Shown here: piece by piece, positions 56,866 through 64,000 of the stretch
Position numbering within the stretch: the first letter of the stretch is position 1
Layout: each line of letters opens with the position of its first letter
Source: Octopus vulgaris
Taxonomy: Eukaryota
Direction: 5' to 3'
Assembly (NCBI GenBank): GCA_951406725.2
Contig: OX597829.1
Span: forward strand, 23,126,001 to 23,190,000
Length of the DNA stretch: 64,000 nucleotides
Translations under genes and position numbers: made by a program
Notes under the pieces: generated by a model
What the model was told of the DNA's origin: nothing
The model's input: only the letters and a program-made list of their open reading frames with translations
The model's database searches: none

Positions 56866-57205
56866 TGATAGATAGATAGATTGATAGATAGCTAGATAGA
56901 TAGATTAAGATAGAGAGAGGGGGGAGAGAGAAGGGGAATCCCCCTTCCTGTTCACCATTCATTTGTTTAGTTATTTATTTAGTCATTTACCATTGTATCG
57001 GAATGGGTTTAATGATGGTGACCTCTTCAAATATATATATATATATGTCTGCGTATGTGTGGGGGCTGTTTTTGATTGGTTCCAGGGTGGTGAAAATAGA
57101 TGTGTGTTGTTTAAAGAATTTTTGGGGTAGGATGGTGTGTGTATATATGCGTGCCCGCGCGTGCGCGTCTACGCGTGTGTGAGGGCCATACACACACACT
57201 ACATA

Positions 57206-57239
<34 letters not shown>

Positions 57240-57519
57240 TACATCATACACACACCACACACACACACATATCTCACCCCCCACACACACACAAGACACA
57301 TACACACATAATATACACACACACAACACACACACACACACAACACACATACATACAGAACACACACACACACAACGCACATACATATAATACACACACA
57401 ACACACAAATATAACATATATTTATATATAATATACACACATATAACACACACACACATACATATACAACACACATACATATAATATACATATACACAAT
57501 GCACATACATATAATGCAC

Positions 57520-57564
<45 letters not shown>

Positions 57565-57777
57565 CACATATACACATACATATATATATAATGCACACAC
57601 ACACATACACACACACACACACAAAATACATACATATAGCGTACACACACACATATATCTACATACCACACACACACAAACAAACAATGTACTCACATAT
57701 ACACATATACAATGCATACACACACACAACACACACATATATACATATATATAAAACATATACACATATAAATACAT

Positions 57778-57845
<68 letters not shown>

Positions 57846-57924
57846 GACAAAACCACTATTTTGCAAAACAAACAAGGAAAGACTTAATCAATACATAAAA
57901 TTTTAATAAAAAGTAAAAAAACCG

Positions 57925-57967
57925 CCACTACAATTGTTTCATGTCCTGATCGACAATCTTCAGGTGG
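57925..57967 (-). ncRNA. Minimal type-I hammerhead ribozyme motif in a (TA)n-embedded element (57841-57975)
   Basis: ccac-CTGAAGA-t-tgtc-gatcag-gaca-t-GAAA-caattg-TA-gtgg: core nucleotides present, stems I-III pair, GUA cleavage triplet. Confidence 0.7.
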
Positions 57968-57970
57968 ATT

Positions 57971-58008
<38 letters not shown>

Positions 58009-58029
58009 GTGTGTGTGTGTGTGTATTGA

Positions 58030-59350
58030 ACGATACAAAATAGAAGATATTTTTTCGAATGTAGAATTGCGCTTAGAATTACCGCCGTTAGAAATACTGG
58101 GTAAATAACCCTTACAAAGCGGAAAAACTTGTCATCAGCATAATTGAGATCGAAGAGGTCTTTGTCGATTAAAAACCCAGATAAACATTCATCCTGAGTT
58201 TTAGAAAATACTACAGCGATTACAATACAGAAGAGACCCACGTCTCACAACCAAGTAGCTTTGCTGTCCGTACACAAGAATCATAATGGACTTTTTTTGC
58301 CAACAGAGGTAATAACTCTCTGAACTTTCAACTTTTTCCAATTAACCTTCTGTGATTCCATTGTATCTCTTGCATGTTCATAGCTTGCACTGGATACACT
58401 GTATGGAATTCCTGCTTACACCGTTCCTACATATCGAACAGAGCCATTTATCTGAAGAGAGTAGAGTCCTATCTATTTTCTTTGGTTATTGTTAACTCTA
58501 AGGCCCTTTGATTCCAGGTTTTGTTTCTACACTTGGAATTTCTTTGCTAATCCTATTACAGATTCTGCTATGAGAACGAAGTCATGAACAAAGAGTGGTT
58601 CCCTCGAACAACAGGTCGCAATTTTCTCTGTTTGAGAGAGACTTTACATGTACAAGCATCTGTCTATTCCGTTTTCTGGTGTGGAAGTCAAATCTGACTT
58701 CTAAGTCTACCAAACTAATAGGTGATTTGGTTTCCTGGAGTTAGTATTACAGAATATTGTTATATTTCGGAATGGTCATATTGCCAGTTTAGCCAATAAA
58801 AACACACGCACTATATATTTGGTGTTATTTTGCTTCAGTGATATTTATTTTTTACATTAATCTTAATCTTATTTCGGCCAGAGTTCTTTCGTCACACTCC
58901 TGTGACCGCATCAGTGGTCCTTTGTTTTCTTCTTTCGTATTTGTGTCTCTCCTTACTAACCGTCAGCCATTTTGTATAACACCAAATATATAGTGCGTGT
59001 GTTTTTATTGGCTAAACTGGCAATATGACCATTCCGAAATATAACAATATCTGTTTCAACACACGACTTCACATAAAAAATCTTGCACAACAAATATTTA
59101 AAAGTATTACAGAATATTAGGTTTTTTTGGCGTTACAGAACTCCAGCAACCTGGTTACCTTCTCATTTCTAGAGTCAAATCTGTAACCTCCATGAACACC
59201 ATGAACTCCGAGGCAGTGCTGCCCATTGAAGTCACCAGCCACAATAAAATAAAGTCTCCGTCATTTGTACCCAAGGCAGTCTACAAAAAAAAAAAAAAAA
59301 CTCGAAAAGAATTTAGTACTTCTGATCATCTTCCAGCCCATACTGTGGAA
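58030..59350 (-). pseudogene. Decayed RTE-like LINE (APE endonuclease and RT fragments)
   Basis: VAGDFNG...HGVHGGYRFDSRNEKVTRLLEFC...CNTNSRKPNHL; LFCIVI...DLNYADD. Confidence 0.75.
58743..59118. mobile_element. Penelope-like mini-element with 75-bp inverted arms, hammerhead-like motif and 16-bp TSD
   Basis: Arms 58754-58828 and 58976-59050; agtattacagaatatt at 58743-58758 and 59103-59118; minus-strand ctgatgcg-gtcaca-ggag-tgtgac-gaaa-gaac-tc at 58876-58920. Confidence 0.75.
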
Positions 59351-59573
59351 CATTTGGTTAGATTTAGGCTGGTCCACATTACACCGTAAAGAAAATAAAA
59401 CTAATTTCCTAATTTCCTTGGGGTACAGTCCTGACCAAAAGTTTCGAGCTTAGATCTGAGAATTAAAATTTTTATATTAAAAGTATTAAAAGTAAGCAAT
59501 TTGGTCTAAAACTATATATTTTTTGGCAATAATAATTCTCTAAAAGAGATATAGACAGTAACTGCTCCATAAC

Positions 59574-59825
59574 ATAAGGGACTAAAGCCATCTGAATATG
59601 GCTAGGGACAGGGCAGGGTGGTGGGGGTGTTACTGTTGCATTTAGCCCCAGGCGAACATCAACGTCGCCAGATAGGCTTGACACCATCACGGCGTCCTTT
59701 ATCCTGCCGTGATGGTGTCAAGCCTATCTGGCGACGTTGATGTTCGCCTGGGGCTAAATGCAACAGTAACACCCCCACCACCCTGCCCTGTCCCTAGCCA
59801 TATTCAGATGGCTTTAGTCCCTTAT
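59574..59825. repeat. Perfect 120-bp inverted repeat with 12-nt spacer
   Basis: 59574-59693 is the reverse complement of 59706-59825; the same peptide appears on both strands in the ORF track. Confidence 0.95.
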
Positions 59826-59989
59826 ATATATATTTTTTTTTGCCTATTTTTTCTTCTTGATATTGAGCCATTGGATCAGTTATTAGGTAAGTCTATCACT
59901 AAGCTGTATATATTTGAATCGAAATGTACTTGGGCATGACAATTTTTTTTTTTTTTCATGTACTAAACTTTTGGCCACGTCCGTATATA

Positions 59990-60690
59990 TTCCTACCTGG
60001 ACTATATACCCATTTATAGAATTTGGTTTGTCAGACCGCCCTCCACTGCATATATATGCATTGACAGAAGCCTGGCCTATTCCCTCCACTCTGTTGTGGA
60101 GGCACATGGCCTAGTGGTTAGAGCAGCGGACTCGCGGTCGAGGGATCGCGGGTTCGAATCTCAGACCGGGCGATGTGTGTGTTTATGAGCGAAAACACCT
60201 AGGCTCCACGCGGCTCCGGCAGAAGGTAATAGCGAAACTTCTGCTGACTCTTTCGCTACAACTTTCTCTCACTCTTACCTCCTGCATCTTGCAGCTCACC
60301 TGCGACGGACTGGCGTCCCGTCCAGGTGGGGAACCTATACGCCAAGGAAACCGGGAAACCGGCCCTTATGAGCCAGGCACGGCTCGAAAAGGTACAAACA
60401 ACAAAACTCAACTCCGTTATCCCTCACAAACATGCACTCTTCTGAACATCGGTAAGACTTTCTATCACACTTTGGTTTGTCCACGTTACTCCGTCGGGGG
60501 CATAGGGTTGGTCTCCCGGTTTCTCTGGATTATATAATATATATGTATTCCTCTCTGAGAGGATTGGAGCAGCGTGAAATGAAGTGTTTTGCTCAAGAAC
60601 ACGTGTCGCCCGGTCCCGGAATCCCGGAATCGAAACCACAGTTTTATGATCGTGAGTGTAACACCCTAACCACTACTCCATGTACCTCCA
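59990..60690 (-). mobile_element. SINE family E interrupted by a SINE F insertion
   Basis: Both flanks match contiguous sequence at 7790-8157. Confidence 0.75.
60097..60404 (+). mobile_element. SINE family F (tRNA-like head, V-domain-like segment)
   Basis: tggcctagtggttaga A-box, gggttcgaatctc B-box, cctgcgacggactggcgtcccgtccagg. Confidence 0.88.
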
Positions 60691-61400
60691 CGCACACCAT
60701 GCACACCATGAACACCATGAACTGCATGTCAGCGCTGCCAAACACGGCCACTGAAGTCACCAGTCGCAATAATCAAATCTGTAATTTATTATCAAAATAG
60801 GTCTTACTCTCTCTCTCTCTCTTTTACTTGTTTCAGTCAGTTGACTGCGGCCATGCTGGAGCACCGCCTTAAATCGAGCAACTCGACCCCGGGACTTATT
60901 CTTTGTAAGCCCAGTACTTATTCTATCGGTCTATTTTGCCGAACCGCTAAGTGACGGGGACATAAATACACCAGCATTGGTTGTCAAGCAATGCTAGGGG
61001 GACAAACACAGGCACACACACATACATATATATATATACATATATACGACAGGCTTCTTTCAGTTTCCGTCTACCAAATCCACTCACAAGGCTTTGGTCG
61101 GCCCGAGGCTATAGTAAAAGACACTTGCCCAAGATGCCACGCAGTGGGACTGAACCCGGAACCATGTGGTTGGTTAGCAAGCTACTTACCACACAGCCAC
61201 TCCTGCGCCTATAGGTCTGTAAAGGAACCTCATAAAATTGGTCCTTCTGATCATCTGCCAGCCCAGATTGTAGAGCGCAGGCAGAGATAACTGTTAACTG
61301 CTGTTTTATCCCCAAAAAACTAGTCACAGCTTAAATTATCCTATCAAATACTCTCATTATTTTATCTCCCTATTTTCCTGCCACTATACCCATACACGCC
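60690..61400 (-). pseudogene. RTE-like APE endonuclease fragment split by SINE B
   Basis: VISACALQSGLADDQKDQFYE...DLIIATGDFSGRV...HGVHG. Confidence 0.7.
60805..61210 (-). mobile_element. SINE B, full length, 8-bp TSD
   Basis: ataggtct at 60797-60804 and 61211-61218. Confidence 0.92.
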
Positions 61401-61794
61401 TACATGCGCACCCCACCAAAACACACGCGCACGCACACACATACGAAGGCATAATCGGCAAAAGTTCACAGAATGAACCAAGGATCGAGCGTTTCGTGCA
61501 TTGGCATTTACCAAATAGATAATCCATGTAACTCTTGCTCCTTGAGTCACTCTGCAATTTCTGCCGATTAAATTTTTTAAAAAAGTATGTGTACTTATGT
61601 TTTATATGTACATATACATGTGTGTGTGTGTGTGTATGTGTGTGTATCTCCTTTTTTTCTTCTTCATCCTTCCTGTCGAAGAGCGTAGGCTCAAGCGTAA
61701 AAGACTTCTATTCTTCCCGAGTGTTAACTAATACACCTGCTTGTCTTCGTCTGCTGTAAATTTGAATTATATATAGATAGATAGATAGACAGAC

Positions 61795-62927
<1,133 letters not shown>

Positions 62928-63310
62928 TATATATATATATATATATATAATGAAGAAATTATACAAACTGTATACATAGATGATGAGTAAAGCACCTGTA
63001 CAGTTTCGATCACCTGTTGTTATCCGTAGATTTATTGCCGGAACTTCCTATTGGTGGTAGGGGTAACAATATTAATAAAATAGATGGAAAGAGTAATAGA
63101 TTTTATTGGGCACGGCACATGTTTCGACCTGTTCTGGGTCTCTTCGGGTACATCAATAAAAAAAGTCTCACTAGAGATTTCCTGATTCGGTTTTATGTAC
63201 CGCTATCTGTTCATCGAATTCGAGAATCAGTAAAAAACCGAGGAAAATTATTGAAACGCAAAAAAATTCAAATATGAACGCGAAAATTATACATTCTAGT
63301 TTAGAGAAAA

Positions 63311-63695
63311 CTAGCAGTATCGCCCGCCGTTACTCGGATTTGTAAGGGAAATAACTATAAAGCATTTTTAGAGAGTTATAGCCAAAAAATAGCAAACAAG
63401 TGGAAAAAAAATGATGGTAAATTTTTTTTGAGAGTTAAAAAGGTGGAGTTGCGTCCCCTAGACAGTCTGTGGTTTGTGTTTCTGATTCTCGACCCCATGT
63501 CGAATTTATCGATTATTTTCAGAACTGGGGGAACTTTTCAAAAATTTTCGCTGCGTTAGTTTTGAATTATGACATTGGGCTATGTGTGTGTCAAGTTTCA
63601 TCAGAATCGGTTGAAAGCCGTGGTCAGGGTGAGGGTACAACCTGACAGACACACAGACACACACAGAGACAAACTGCCGTTTATATAGAGAGAGA
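63311..63695 (-). mobile_element. Helitron-type element sharing the family H 3' end with a different 5' module
   Basis: Minus strand TC-tctctctatataaac...(TG/TC)n start; 3' end homologous to 62870-62927. Confidence 0.75.
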
Positions 63696-63926
63696 TGATG
63701 CAATGAGCCATCGTTGTTGTAACTGTTAAGAGAAAGAAGAGGAAGTAGAAGTTGAAAGGAAGATAATACTTGGACGAAAAATGTTTGTGTTCGTGCTTAG
63801 ACGCACATCTACATACACAGATACATACATACATACATACATACATACATACATACATACATACACACATACATACACACACACATACATACATACATAC
63901 ATACATACATACATACATACATACAT

Positions 63927-63959
<33 letters not shown>

Positions 63960-64000
63960 TACATACATACATACATACATACATACATACATACATACAT

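Noticed and set aside
59472-59939. Two identical ORFs (MMVSSLSGDVDV...) on opposite strands
   Set aside because: By-product of the 120-bp palindrome.
60097-60170. tRNA gene
   Set aside because: A/B boxes are present but it runs into a SINE body repeated at 36750-37050, and I could not form a proper acceptor stem.

Overview
Gene-free, extremely repeat-dense, AT-rich eukaryotic (intergenic or intronic) window. Its SINE/microsatellite make-up is most consistent with a coleoid cephalopod such as Octopus (inference, not checked). I found no intact protein-coding gene; most ORFs in the track are translations of microsatellites or SINEs. The window is a nested mosaic of tRNA-headed SINEs (my labels A1/A2, B, D, E, F), decayed LINEs of several clades (R4/Dong-like, HERO-like, Tx1/L1-like, CR1/L2-like, RTE-like), Penelope-like remnants, a mariner and a Tc1-like pseudo-transposon, Helitron-type non-autonomous elements and piggyBac/hAT/TA-type MITEs. 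Three observations stand out. (1) Many small, often palindromic elements, mostly embedded in (TA)n, carry minimal type-I hammerhead ribozyme motifs (clearest at 57925-57967, minus strand). (2) SINE A1 has a 3' tail matching a Tx1-like LINE tail in the same window and is repeatedly joined to the same site inside the tRNA-like head of A-family SINEs (six junctions, one with a 12-bp TSD), suggesting a SINE that targets SINEs. (3) Each retroelement class occupies a different microsatellite type. All family assignments come from motif recognition by eye.
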